From positions 3,072,453 to 3,136,452 of the forward strand of contig ML978122.1 of the NCBI GenBank assembly GCA_010015805.1: DNA of 64,000 nucleotides, in the 5' to 3' direction. Source of the stretch: Rhizodiscina lignyota. Its lineage: Eukaryota. The position numbers were made by a program, and so were the translations under genes. Under the pieces are notes generated by a model. The model did no database searches, was not told the origin of the DNA, and saw nothing but the letters and a program-made list of their open reading frames with translations. Shown here one piece after another: positions 1-11,182 of this stretch (the first letter of the stretch is position 1; every line of letters starts with the position of its first letter).

Positions 1-2
1 AA

Positions 3-266
3 GGTGGACTGGGGTTCGCAGAGATTGAGCTCGCGGCAAGCACTATTGGCGATCTGGGCGTAACGTATGCGATCACGAGCATCCCGACGTTGCTAGCGTT
101 CAGTAGAGGAGAGCCACAAACCGAGACACGCGTGAACAGATTGGAAGATTTGAAGAGTAGGGACTTTCTTGAGAGATGGTTGAGGGTGGAAGCAGCAAGG
201 GGAGGTGCTGGTGGCGCCGGGGGAACTGGAGCAAGTTTGCTTGGGAAATGGTTTGGGAATGGTTGA
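3..266 (+). CDS. 3' end of a thioredoxin-like protein (partial, runs off window start)
   Basis: Frame 3 open from the window edge: GLGFAEIELAASTIGDLGVTYAITSIPTLLAFSRGEPQ...DFLERWLRVEAARGG...GNG* (TGA 264-266); the Y-x-I-x-S-I-P-T-L-L-A-F segment resembles the cis-Pro loop of the thioredoxin fold. Confidence 0.7.
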   Translation, partial: GGLGFAEIELAASTIGDLGVTYAITSIPTLLAFSRGEPQTETRVNRLEDLKSRDFLERWLRVEAARGGAGGAGGTGASLLGKWFGNG

Positions 267-1014
267 TTGGGTGTCAGCGAAATCCTCCGAGACCCGCTTG
301 CCTGAGACTGGTGCAATGATCGTATTCCTTACTGAGCTTGGCCTCCAGCGGTGGACCTAGGCTTGGAGCTTCGATTTGATTACACACAGAGCTTCTTCTC
401 TATCGGGACCCTGACATTTGGGCTTTGACTTGATCCGTTGGAGACCCTCTTCTTCCACCGTAAGCCTGGGAACGGAGCTTCGGCTAACTTTGTTGGAGAT
501 GATATTCTTCCACCCCGGGCCTAGGATCGATCATCGATTGTATTCCTTGGAAAACTTCTTCCTCAACTGCGGCAATGAGATTGGAGCTTTGGCTAGACTT
601 CTCGGAGAGATTCTTCTCCACTCGAGAGCCTGGCGTTAGATCTTTGATTAGCTTCCTTGTGAAGCTTCTTCTTCATCCGCAAGTCTGGGATTAAAATATC
701 GACTGGTGCCCTCAGAGACTATCTACTAGAAGCGGTGGACCGATTGTGTGCGACGACTGTGTGACTAGGAGGCCTTTTCGCAATGCAGATCGAAGCACCC
801 TGAGTTTCTACGTGTCCAAGACGAAGATAGTCTTCTATAGCTGCACCACTGCACGGGGAACCACGTTGGAGAGCCTCAAAGTCATACAACACCGGCAAGC
901 CACCTGATCGTCGAGCACGTATTCAATTATGCATAGGATTTGCCTATTGCGTTTACGATTGACTCGGGAAAATGCATAATACTTTTGATTAAACCATCGC
1001 TATCTCTAGATCTC

Positions 1015-2601
1015 TCACATCGTAAACGAACGCTGAATGTCCTCCGCCATCAGCGCGTCCTCGTATCTCTGCTGCAGAGTCTCCTCGCCATCCATCTTCA
1101 CGGATCTCGCGAGCCTGCGAGACTCCGGCACAGCGCCTGCTGTTGCTACCACGTAGCCTGTCCCAGCAAGGAAGCTGTAGACGATCTCCCAGTTTACCCG
1201 GCCAGCCAAGGCGCCATTCACGACCTCCTGCGCGCCTTGGTAGAATGTCTTGTCTGGCTCGAACTCTGGATGTAGCTCGAGGTCGAGGGCGTGCGACCAT
1301 GCATTCAAGATGACGTGCATGCCGCACTCGACGCCGCCAGCCTGGGTGCAGCAGGCCTTGTCGATCGTCGGGAGGAACGGCGCGTCGCCAGGGCGGTATG
1401 TGCTGTGGCCCCCGTGCCACTGCAAGGCTATTGTCACCTCCACTGCTTGCCGTTCGATGGCCTTACGATGTCCCGCGAGGAAGCCTGGCATGCTGTCATA
1501 CCAACAGATCTGGGGAAGCTCCAACAAGTTCGGCGCCCCGTCGACGGCTTTAGCGATCTCTACGACGCAGAGGAGCCAATGTCCAGTTCTGTCGGCCTTT
1601 TCCATGCTCTTCTGGAAATCCTCTCCGGAGATCTTCTCCGCTGCCTTCGCGTCCTCATGATATGAATGCCACAGCCACGGCAGGTACAGCGTTCTACGTG
1701 GCCGAGCAGCGCGGTTATTGAGAACACCCAGACTGGGCTTCCAGGACTCCTTGCCGAAGTCCGGCTCCTGGCGGGTGACGCGGGCGACATATAGGGCACT
1801 CTCAGAGATGAGGCTGATGATGCTTTTGTTGGCCGATTTCTGCTGCAGCTCCTCGATTGCCTCAGTAACGCAAGCAATGCTCAGGAAAGTGTCAGTGGGA
1901 TTCATATATCTGTCCCACTCGACTTTATGAGGAGAACCTTCGTCGTCATCTATGGGAAAGAGCTCATCCACATCGTTGAGGAGCCGTTTGAGGTGCTCGA
2001 GCATAGCGTCCGGGTCGGCCCAATCAGGTGTCGAGTCGGACTCGGCGTGGCTTGGATCGTCATCTTGCTCCTCGCCTTCTTCTGCCTTTTTCGGTTCCTC
2101 GTCCGCCTTGGCCTCGATGGCTCTCAGTTCCTCAATAGCCGCTGTCAACTCTTTCTTGAGGACCTCTTTCAATAACTCTTGTCCGGTGCTCACAAGATCC
2201 GAGCACGATTCCGGGGCAGGCTGGTCGACGTTCTTGCTCTCATCAATGATCTCTTGCAGAGCTCCTTTGAAGAGAATTTCCAGTGCCTTCTTGCGCTTGT
2301 CGGTCACTGCGGAAGACTCGTCTTCCGATGGAGTGGTAGTAGCTACCTCTTCAGACTTGTCTGCTTGTGCTTTTGCAACACCACTTGCTTTCTTCTTTGC
2401 TGTCTTTGCCGGTGTCTTGCTGTCCTTGGTCTTGGCCTTCTCTTTCTCGGACTTCTCCTTCTCGGCTTTGCGGGAGCTCGATCGCAGAACGCGATCTGAC
2501 TGCGGTGCAAGCGGAGGAGTCACAGACTTGGACTTCTTTTCAACGTGGCCAGGTGCATCTTCGGTCGACTTTCTCTTCTCTGCCGCTTTCTTGGGTGCCA
2601 T
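1015..2601 (-). CDS. Ulp1/C48-like cysteine protease-fold protein with long Lys/Glu-rich disordered N-terminus
   Basis: 528-aa intronless ORF; motifs GHWLLCVVE, WYDSM and TQAGGVECGMHVILNAW match the His/Asp/Gln/Cys order of clan CE (C48) proteases. Confidence 0.75.
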   Translation of the reverse strand: MAPKKAAEKRKSTEDAPGHVEKKSKSVTPPLAPQSDRVLRSSSRKAEKEKSEKEKAKTKDSKTPAKTAKKKASGVAKAQADKSEEVATTTPSEDESSAVTDKRKKALEILFKGALQEIIDESKNVDQPAPESCSDLVSTGQELLKEVLKKELTAAIEELRAIEAKADEEPKKAEEGEEQDDDPSHAESDSTPDWADPDAMLEHLKRLLNDVDELFPIDDDEGSPHKVEWDRYMNPTDTFLSIACVTEAIEELQQKSANKSIISLISESALYVARVTRQEPDFGKESWKPSLGVLNNRAARPRRTLYLPWLWHSYHEDAKAAEKISGEDFQKSMEKADRTGHWLLCVVEIAKAVDGAPNLLELPQICWYDSMPGFLAGHRKAIERQAVEVTIALQWHGGHSTYRPGDAPFLPTIDKACCTQAGGVECGMHVILNAWSHALDLELHPEFEPDKTFYQGAQEVVNGALAGRVNWEIVYSFLAGTGYVVATAGAVPESRRLARSVKMDGEETLQQRYEDALMAEDIQRSFTM

Positions 2602-2844
2602 GGTGACAGGTTCAGTATACGTATCTGGCCTGCAGATGTTTGATAGGAGAACGACAATATATGCGACGGTGTTTGAAATACAGATGAACAGAGCGGCACG
2701 AGTTCAAAATGTGATATCGAAAACAGTGCGCATTCGACAGTGGAAAGAGAATCTGGAGAAGAGAGAAACTGGTAGAACGAAAGCAGCATATATCTGCTCA
2801 CCCCGAGGCTCCATTGCTGAATGGGAGCGGCGGGCATTGCCATT

Positions 2845-2970
2845 CATTGTTGGATGAATGGGCTCTTTTTATTGTTGCCGTGGCTTTTGACAATAAAGAA
2901 CGGTTGTCCGCTGTAATTGTGAATAAAATGCACGGCTGCCACTCATTGTTGCCCTCTCAATAGAACAATC
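2845..2970. promoter_or_regulatory. Cluster of HMG-box-type ACAAT/ATTGT motifs upstream of the Ulp1-like gene
   Basis: Six cores in ~125 bp (2846, 2871, 2890, 2916, 2945, 2965), several in CATTGTT/AACAAT context. Confidence 0.5.
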
Positions 2971-3501
2971 AGATGGCACATCAGCAATGCTCTAGTGGTA
3001 CTCCGTCATTGCACACTGGAAACAGAAAATCGAGAATCTGTGTCCGAATACAGCGCTATAATTTTGGATTCTACGAGAAAATAATTGTGTTTCAGAGCGT
3101 TGTACTGAACGACCGGATTGGATAGTAACATGGACGGCGATAATGGCGGAGTACTACTTAACTCCGCACTTTGAGCGCGTCTCTGCTCATTTGAAAGTCG
3201 CGGCAACCCCTTCACGAGTAACAAGTATCTGCAAAGCAACATTTAAAGCAAGAAGCGTTTTTAGCGTGATTTCTCACCGTTCGGACAAATGATCTACCGC
3301 ACAGATAACGCCATGCTGTCCCGTCGATGATGCAAGATTGGTTGTCGGCGATTTGAAATGGAGTTGAGGGGTTCAGCAGTATCGTAAAACACTACATGTA
3401 GGCCTTGCATCCTCACTTCTACGGCCTCAAAGACCTTTTTCCTCAAGTCCTCCGCTCTGCACCATTTCACGGTCAGTTCGGATTGCATCTAGACAACCAT
3501 C

Positions 3502-4255
3502 ATGGGTTCAATTGATGAGAAAATCATTCTGTACACCAACCATCGCTGCCCTTGTGAGTTCCAGCACGACCCCACTCGAAAGTACTCTTATTGACTCTCT
3601 AGGGGCCCACCGCGCACACATTGCGCTCGAAGAACTCAAGCTTCCCTTTGAAGAAGTCATCATTGACCTGGACACGCCGCGCAAACCCGAATACCTCGCC
3701 ATCAACCCGCGCGGCCTGGTACCATCCATCGAATACAATGGAGAGATTGTATACGAGTCGGCCATTGTGTCATGGCTGCTTGCCGATGCGTACCCATCGC
3801 ACCTAGTGCCAGCGTCCGACACCAAAGGCGGCCCGTTGCGCCGCGCCCGCATCGCTTTCTTCGTCGACACCTTCTTTTCTAAATTCCAGAGCGCCACGAT
3901 GAAGATCATTGGAGCCAAGTCGGATGCCGAGATCGAGTCGTTCATCGATGCCGCCGTCGACCAGGTCGTCAAGGAGCTGGAGCCGCTTTCGAAGGATGCA
4001 AAGCCGTTCTTCGGAGGCAGCGATAAGCTCACGATGGCCGAGGTTCTCACAGGCCCGTTTGTGCTTCGCCTGGTTTCATTGACGAAGGCCGACGTCTATC
4101 CGAGCAGGTTGGGAAGCTCGATTGCAGAGAGGGCGCCCAGCTTTTGGAAGTGGGCTGAGGCGGTGGCGAAGCATCCCAGCGTCACGTCTATCTATGATGA
4201 AGCGAAGATTATTGAATCTACGAAGAAACGTATTGCAAAGGCCAGAGCTTCATGA
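3502..4255 (+). CDS. Glutathione S-transferase (CPW active-site type); exons 3502-3553, 3603-4255
   Basis: MGSIDEKIILYTNHRCP-W-AHRAHIALEE after removing GT-AG intron 3554-3602; INPRGLVPSI and VYESAIV GST N-domain motifs; PFFGGSDKLTMAE C-domain motif. Confidence 0.92.
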
Positions 4256-4536
4256 CTAAATGGTCGCACTGCTTCAGTTCGGCTGTGATGCTGAACTTCA
4301 TGGCCTGGACGAGTTGAGGGAGATATTTATCGGAGCCTCTAGTATGAATGTTACGAAATTTCAGCTCAGCTCTCTGTTGACTTGCAAGAATGGAACTGCA
4401 GCAAGTTTCCCTTGCACATATCCTTCGGTTCTAGGAACGATAGTGATCAAGTATCTATGCCGAGGCCCTGTTAAACAATGGCTACATACATGTACGCATC
4501 TAGACTACTGCTCCCAGTTCGCAGAGAGACTCCATG

Positions 4537-6156
4537 TCAAAACTTGGTGTCTGGTCCTGTTCGAATAATAGCTGTGGCACCAGCCATCACATCAGGATCA
4601 TTCAGAAGCTCCACAGCCATCTGAGCAAGTGCGCGGCCGACTTTCTCAGTTTCCCTAAACGCAAATTCTGTAGCAGCAAGCAATCTGAAACCGGGTTCAT
4701 GGTTAAGTGGACAGGGAGTGACCGTTCTGTTGTAATTACAAATGTTGAAGGTTGGATGTACGGTGGCTTTGGCGACGCTTTGAAGAGTGTAGTTCCCGCC
4801 TTGTTTGACCACATCCGCTCGTTGTACCCAGGATGTATCCCCAGCAGCGGGCGGTGTAGTGGAGAAGGGGAATGTTTGGTTTCCGTACTCAGGTAACGTC
4901 ATTGTGTCGATGAATAACGACCCAAGATACGGCTCGACTTCAACTGCCGGATATATGACATCCAGACTCCAGTTATTAGTTGGCAGCAGGCTAACCACGA
5001 TGTCTATGAGACTGTCCATGTCGAGAGTGTAGCGAGTACGAAGATCGATCGTAAAGTCGAGCTCAGTTGAAGTGGAATTGTCGGGCAGATAGAATTTGAG
5101 ATTGGGGTTTGAAGCGTTAAGTGTCCGAAACGAATCGACAGACAGAGTAAGAGATCCAAGGTTGTCTGTGGCAGTATGGCCGGAGTTCCCAACAAAGCTG
5201 ATTGCTACTCCACCCTTAATATTTGGATCATCCGTAACCGTAAAGTTGGTTTGCGCATAGCCCGCATTTGCGGCCTTGATAGCATTGATAGTGTTGTTCA
5301 CTACGGTGACATTCGCTCCTACAACTCCAAGTGCAATGTCGGCCTGGACAACATTGCAAACAAATAGCCCGACATCTTCAATCAGTGACACGGTCGAGAA
5401 GGAGCCAGGTAACGTCCCCGTCAAGCTCAAGTTTCTAAGCAACACAAGAGTATTGTAAACCTCCTTGACAGCTTCAAAGTGGGTCGCTCTCTTGATTCGG
5501 ACAACAACATTTTGTCGTGCTGACAGCGGTGGAACGGCGCTTGAGCTAGCCGGATGAGCCATCATCCAAATCTGACTATCTTCAAAGGCGCCGGCGAGGA
5601 AGAGATCATGTTTTCCACAACTCTCCTCCTCGTCTGGAGTGCCAACGACAACAATGCGGCCAGGGATGTTGTAATGGACTAAAGCTTCACGGGCGAGACT
5701 AGCAGCGTATACCCCAACGAGATGGATGAGGTTATGGCCGCAAGAATGGCCAATTCCTGCAAGAGCGTCGAATTCGCAAAGAAAGCCCACGGCGGGAAGA
5801 ATCTTGTTCCCCTTCCCATGCCAATGAGAGGGCTTGTGAGAGGACTCCAGCTTCCATGCTGTCGGGAGAGTTTCTAGAATATTCGGATACACGTTCCAGT
5901 CTCCAGGCGCTCTGTTTTGGAAGTAGTCAACGGTGATTGCGTGTGCAAAGGTCTCATTCCGACCAATCTCAGGATGGTGGTAGATCTGTTTAGATATCTC
6001 CCTGAGGTCAGGGTAGATTCGATGTTCCAAGCTTTGAAGATATTTTGGCAGTGTAGAGACATCTTCCGTAGGAATACCAAAGCTGGATCCGCTCAGAAGA
6101 GTGACTAATATCAAGCCAAACCAGGCGCATCTCCATTCAGTGTAGATACGCGCCAT
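4537..6156 (-). CDS. M20 family metallopeptidase/amidohydrolase (ACY1L2/PM20D2-like) with signal peptide
   Basis: 539-aa ORF; HPEIG..E, EFDAL..IGHSCGHNLI, GTPDEE, MMAHP and NHEPGF motifs; hydrophobic N-terminus. Confidence 0.88.
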   Translation of the reverse strand: MARIYTEWRCAWFGLILVTLLSGSSFGIPTEDVSTLPKYLQSLEHRIYPDLREISKQIYHHPEIGRNETFAHAITVDYFQNRAPGDWNVYPNILETLPTAWKLESSHKPSHWHGKGNKILPAVGFLCEFDALAGIGHSCGHNLIHLVGVYAASLAREALVHYNIPGRIVVVGTPDEEESCGKHDLFLAGAFEDSQIWMMAHPASSSAVPPLSARQNVVVRIKRATHFEAVKEVYNTLVLLRNLSLTGTLPGSFSTVSLIEDVGLFVCNVVQADIALGVVGANVTVVNNTINAIKAANAGYAQTNFTVTDDPNIKGGVAISFVGNSGHTATDNLGSLTLSVDSFRTLNASNPNLKFYLPDNSTSTELDFTIDLRTRYTLDMDSLIDIVVSLLPTNNWSLDVIYPAVEVEPYLGSLFIDTMTLPEYGNQTFPFSTTPPAAGDTSWVQRADVVKQGGNYTLQSVAKATVHPTFNICNYNRTVTPCPLNHEPGFRLLAATEFAFRETEKVGRALAQMAVELLNDPDVMAGATAIIRTGPDTKF

Positions 6157-6370
6157 TGCTTCCGGCAGTACGGTAAAGAGTGCCCGATAGCGAATTGAGG
6201 TGAAAGAGGATACTCAATTGGAGATCCGCATCGGTCTACGCGCATATTTGAAGGCCAACTCACCGGTTGATGGCTCGCTCTACTTTTTGAAGTATTGGTC
6301 ACGCAATAGAAGAGATCCATTAGGTGATAGGTTAAAATCATAAAGCAGGGGATACATTGTTGACCTAACG

Positions 6371-6561
6371 ACGTCGTTCATCGGCTTCTTGCTTCCACCA
6401 CCGTTCTGCGGCTCTTAAAGAGATGGGGACACTACCCCTACAAAGTAACACCGATTGATGGCCGAAAAGTCCTTACCAGATTAAGGATAAGAACACGCTA
6501 AATCGAACCTTTCGAGTTAGCTGCAAAGTGGTGGTTGAAGCAAGAAGCCGATGAACGACGT
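6371..6561. mobile_element. MITE-like element, ~190 bp with ~31-bp terminal inverted repeats
   Basis: ACGTCGTTCATCGGCTTCTTGCTTCcACCAC (from 6371) is inverted at 6531-6561 (GTGGTtGAAGCAAGAAGCCGATGAACGACGT); TA follows the right end; no internal ORF. Confidence 0.65.
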
Positions 6562-6989
6562 TACTTCTGGCATGGATAACTCCCCGGGATTGCTTAATAA
6601 GAAAGAAGGAAAGCCTCGATACTGAATCAAAAGTCATTTCGGACACTCACGAATTGTACTTTATTTTGGCAGCCAGTAATCTAACTGGTCCTCTCTTGAG
6701 ATATCATATGTGAGCGTACCATTTGACGAAATCACAGCGATTTGCAGGTGCTCACTCTCCGGAATGCAGTCTTCCGCATATCGTATACTCCAGTCGGGAA
6801 AATCGATCTCGCGGCGATGCTTATTTGAGTTAGAGTAGCACCATATTATTTTTCCGTAGGCGAAATGTGGCTGAGCCCAGGGTTCCAGGGTTCGGCCCAG
6901 CCTCAAGCCAACCTACAGGAAGGCAATGATCTCTTTTTCATCTCAGTACTGCGCACATATACCAACCAAATGAAATCTCAACTACGAGG

Positions 6990-8969
6990 ATGACTAGCTA
7001 CCAGTTCTCATACACTGCAACAATGTGTGCCGCATGCCAGCGCATCTTCCAACTGGAAGACCCTTCCGAACCAGGCATCCATCATCTCAATGCAGAAGAC
7101 ATGTACGCAGCAGCCACCGCTGGGTGCTGGTATTGCTCTCGCCTGCTGCTTCGATGGTCCTCAAATGGCAAAGTTGACTTGAGAACGCAATCACTGCAGC
7201 CGTTCAGCAAATTTATATTGGATTCCAATTCTGTTGGTTTTTGCATGAATGACTCTACTAATCCAGAGGACCCGCAATGGCCTACCGATGAGTTCTACTG
7301 CGCTGGTCAGTCGAAATTTTTCGTATGAAGAATCATATCTTTCGTAATTTCAGTAGTGGTACTCATCCATATCATCAACGTAGATGGTTATGCGGCATTA
7401 CGTGATGTGCAAATTGATCCTAATACAGGCTCTTGCATGTCTCTTCGACGAGTTTCCAAGTGGTATGAGGAATGCACCCGAAATCATCTAGAATGTAACA
7501 ATCTAATCGCCATGGACTGGCAGCCGACACGACTATTAGATGTCCAGCATTCGGAGACGTCAGTTCGACTCTGGTTGCGGGACGACGGTGTGGCGTCAAG
7601 TTACATGACGCTTTCACATTGTTGGGGAGGCACACTGCCGCTTAAGTTAATAAACTCAAGGATCGCAGAGTTCCGAACAGGAATCGAGATCCAGCAACTC
7701 CCTCGAACGTTCATTGAGGCTGTGCATGTTGTACGCAAGCTTGGTGCCCGATTTCTTTGGATCGATGCCCTTTGCATTGTTCAGGATAGCGAAGATGATT
7801 GGAGACAAGAGTCACAACGGATGGGAAAGATCTACGCGAATAGCCTCCTCAACATCGCCGCCACGGCATCGCGTGACGGCTCAGGAGGTCTCTTTCGAAC
7901 CAGAGACCCGCACGTCGTGGAACCGTGCGAATTTACTCGTCGTTGGAACGACCGAAAAAGTGAGGTCACTGCTCTTTGCGAGAAAGATCTTTGGATCCGC
8001 GATGTGGAAGACGCGCCGCTGAATCGTCGCAGCTGGGTCATCCAAGAGAGATTCTTAGCCCCGCGGATCATTCATTTTGGGGAGACGCAGCTCTTTTGGG
8101 AATGTAAGCACTATGAAGCGTGTGAAACGTTTCCGGACGGGTTACCTGTCCCTGGGAGACAGTTCGATCCTTTCAAAGCTGACCTCGAAATACACAATCC
8201 CGTATTTGACGGGAGAGGAAGCAGCGAGTCAAAAGAAATTTACAGAAGGCTTGAGACTTGGCGTGGAATACTTAAGCGCTACACTACTTGCGGACTGAGC
8301 TATGAGAGGGACAAACTCGTCGCAATATCTGGTGTTGCTAGGAATCTTACTTCTGATGCGGACAACGATATGTATGTCGCTGGGTTGTGGCGTGACGACA
8401 TCGTCTCAGACCTGCTCTGGTCGACCGTTGGACATGATGAAAAAGATCGTTCTGGATACCACATGGCACAATCGTACAGAGCGCCTTCATGGTCATGGGC
8501 ATCGATCGACGCTAGTATTTCCTATGTGTACAGCGGATACAATCCGAAGCGTCTCACAGAGATTATCGCCATCAAGCTGCAGCACAAACACCCTGGAGAT
8601 CCCTTTGGTGAACTCGTCACTGCGTCTCTCACTATTCGTGGCCGCCTCGTTTTTGTGAAAGTGACTACTGGTTACCCCGGCGGTATCACAATATCGAGGA
8701 AGAAGAAGAAGCCTGTCGAAGTGGAACTTCATCCAGACGTAGGTTCGTTCGAAGAGGGTCGGATGGTGTTCTGCTTGTACGTTGCCCTGGATTCGCTTTC
8801 GGTGCCGCGTGTCCAAGGCCTAGTGCTCGATCATGCTCCCAATAAGCCGCAGGGCCATTACTTACGGCGTGGGTTCTTTCGGATCGACCAGTATGACCCT
8901 AAGGCAGTAGACTTTATCGATCATAAGTTTCACATCGAAGGGACACGAGATGAGCTAGTCATATTGTGA
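6990..8969 (+). CDS. HET (heterokaryon incompatibility) domain protein; exons 6990-7305, 7384-8969
   Basis: PTRLLDV, YMTLSHCWG, FLWIDALCIVQD, MGKIYANS..NIAA, LNRRSWVIQE, APSWSWAS motifs; GTCAGT...TAG intron restores frame with the Cys-rich first exon. Confidence 0.93.
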
Positions 8970-10306
8970 GCATGTACTGGCGACGGAAGGATTCTGAAAT
9001 CAAAGCGGTACTCGTGAAGGTAGAGCTCGGGGGCTTGACGTGATGCTCGGGAAGTCGTACGCTTCTCGCACAGCATTGATGCTGTGGTGGAGACCCGCAA
9101 AGTTCAATCGTATCTCACGAAGCGGGTGCAAAAGCCTAGAAGAGAGAGAGTCCTAAGGATGAATTTCAGGTGCTAGTGAGACATGCGCAGGATGACACGA
9201 GAAAGACCTTGTCGAATCTCATAATACATCCGCTAAACAGCGCACACAACTCCGGACAAGAGTCCCGTACTGCTCCATATACGTGCCTGGGCAACCGGAC
9301 AGCACTTCTGTTACTCTCCAGGCGTATATCATGCCGACGGTGTGGCTTGAGGGCAGACCGTGCAGCTGTGACAGTTCTCAGTCGATACGGGCACTGTGTT
9401 GGAACGATCTGTGCTTATGATTGCAGCAGCTCCTTCGAGAGACTCATCAGATATGGTGAAGTCGGAGCGTATTACATTCTCTGTGCTCTCGCTTCGGAGG
9501 TTACGGAGGTGAGGGGAGCGCCCATACCGCTCCAGTGTTTCGTTTCAAGCCGTGTCAGGATGAATAGAAAATCCTCTGCGCTTTCTGAATTGGGTTCATG
9601 GACGGCAAGGTAGAACGCCTTTCTAACAGACTTTTATGCGTTAGCCTGCTACAGTGAATCAGCTGCTGGCGATATTGGGGTTTCGCAGCATGATCACTGC
9701 CTGTCATAGAGGAACGGTTCGCTGCACATGGCCCCCTCTCTGAGCGGAGACATTATCACGACACAGGAAGAGCAAGCGCAACAACCGTCGTAAGGCGACC
9801 AAGAGATGTCGAGAGGCCAGGACTGATGAAGGCTTCACTTAGGTTATTCCGACCACCTCAATCGATTCATCGAAAAGATGCAGAATTCATCCCCGCGCGA
9901 TTCTCAAGTGCCGTCCAAAGCAAGTCGAACTGGACACGGAATAGATCCCGAGCAGATGGGACCAACGCTCCTCTATGTCCTCGTGGATATGTCGCATGTC
10001 CCTATCGAACATAGGCAAAAGGCGTCGTCGAAACAAAACCGGGAGCTAATCGTGCTAGCCTCCGGGCCGATCAGCGCATAAACGCGCGTACCCTGCAGGT
10101 CAGCATCATCCAGTTACTAGCATGGCGGGTAAAGCGCTGTTCCGTCTCAACCGACCCGTCGATCACTCTGGGGTAAAAAGTGCATTGGATAGATGACGAT
10201 TTTGGGATTCATGATAGACGGGCGGAGTTAGGGGAGAAGTCCGGAGGATTTCAGGATTGGAAAGAGAAGGATGGAAGTTGAATTGGGAATGGACAGTTCA
10301 ATTGGA

Positions 10307-11182
10307 CTATCTCGATCCTCTCTTTACGAATGTGCCTCTCTGCCGGGAGACTTCATCCAGGGCGTCCTGGGCCTTCATGTCTCGTCGATTGAAGGCAGTA
10401 TTAAAGAAGGGTCTGAGTACTCGCTTGGAATCTGATTTGATAGGTTAGCATTCCGTGCCACGCGGCAATGATGCAATTGAACATATTTCGGGACTGAACG
10501 TACTCGCATGCTCTTCCGCAAAATCAATGCCATCACCGCCCTTCTCGTTCACGATTCCTACGGCCTCTTCTAGCAATCCAGTGCCAACGCCCTTGCCGCG
10601 ATATCGTAGTCTGACTGTCCACGCTCGGATTAGACCTCTACCTACTCTTTTCCTCCGACTGCCCCTTCCATCTCCTGCTACCCATCCGAGTACCAGTGCC
10701 CCAATAATTTCCTCGCCAAACTTCGTGACCAATATTCTATCATCATCCAGCCAATCCCAATTAATATCTTCAGCATATATCAAATAGTCTTTCGTCAAAA
10801 ATCGTACAAGCAATAAATAGGCCATGATCAGGCCAGCCCAAGTAGTGATAACTCTTGCCAGATCCGAACGGGTTTTGTAAATCCATTGCGTGACAATGGC
10901 CAGGACCACGGAGAAAAGTGCCAGACATAGAGGATGGAAAATAAGGATGCGAGATGCGGTCTGGCGTTGCTGGGCGACAGAGTCTGCGACCAATTTCAGG
11001 CCAGCGACTTTGTCATCTTCGAATTCGGCAGTGTAAGTGGTCAATTCGGGGATTCCAGCCAGTGGATCGGCGGGGGCACTCTCGTCATCTTGCTTTTTCG
11101 CAGACAGCTCGCTGTCGAAGTTCGAAATGTCGTCGTGGGATGCAGAGAAGGAGGCCAGGGGGGAATTGGCCGACGCGGACAT
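10307..11182 (-). CDS. GNAT-family acetyltransferase with two TM helices; exons 11182-10504, 10431-10307 (start could be upstream at 11509)
   Basis: IRAWTVRLRYRGKGVGTGLLEEAV acetyl-CoA motif A; LKLVADSVAQQRQ N-motif; spliced C-terminus HANSKRVLRPFFNTAF... Confidence 0.85.

Noticed and set aside
270..900. Purine-rich minus-strand stretch resembling coding sequence
   Set aside because: The frames I read contain stops and no motif is recognisable; at most a relic
1952..2857. 301-aa plus-strand ORF
   Set aside because: Antisense shadow of the K/E-rich Ulp1-like gene; Ser/Phe/Leu-rich mirror composition
9000..10250. Short ORFs downstream of the HET gene
   Set aside because: No motifs and no consistent splice structure found
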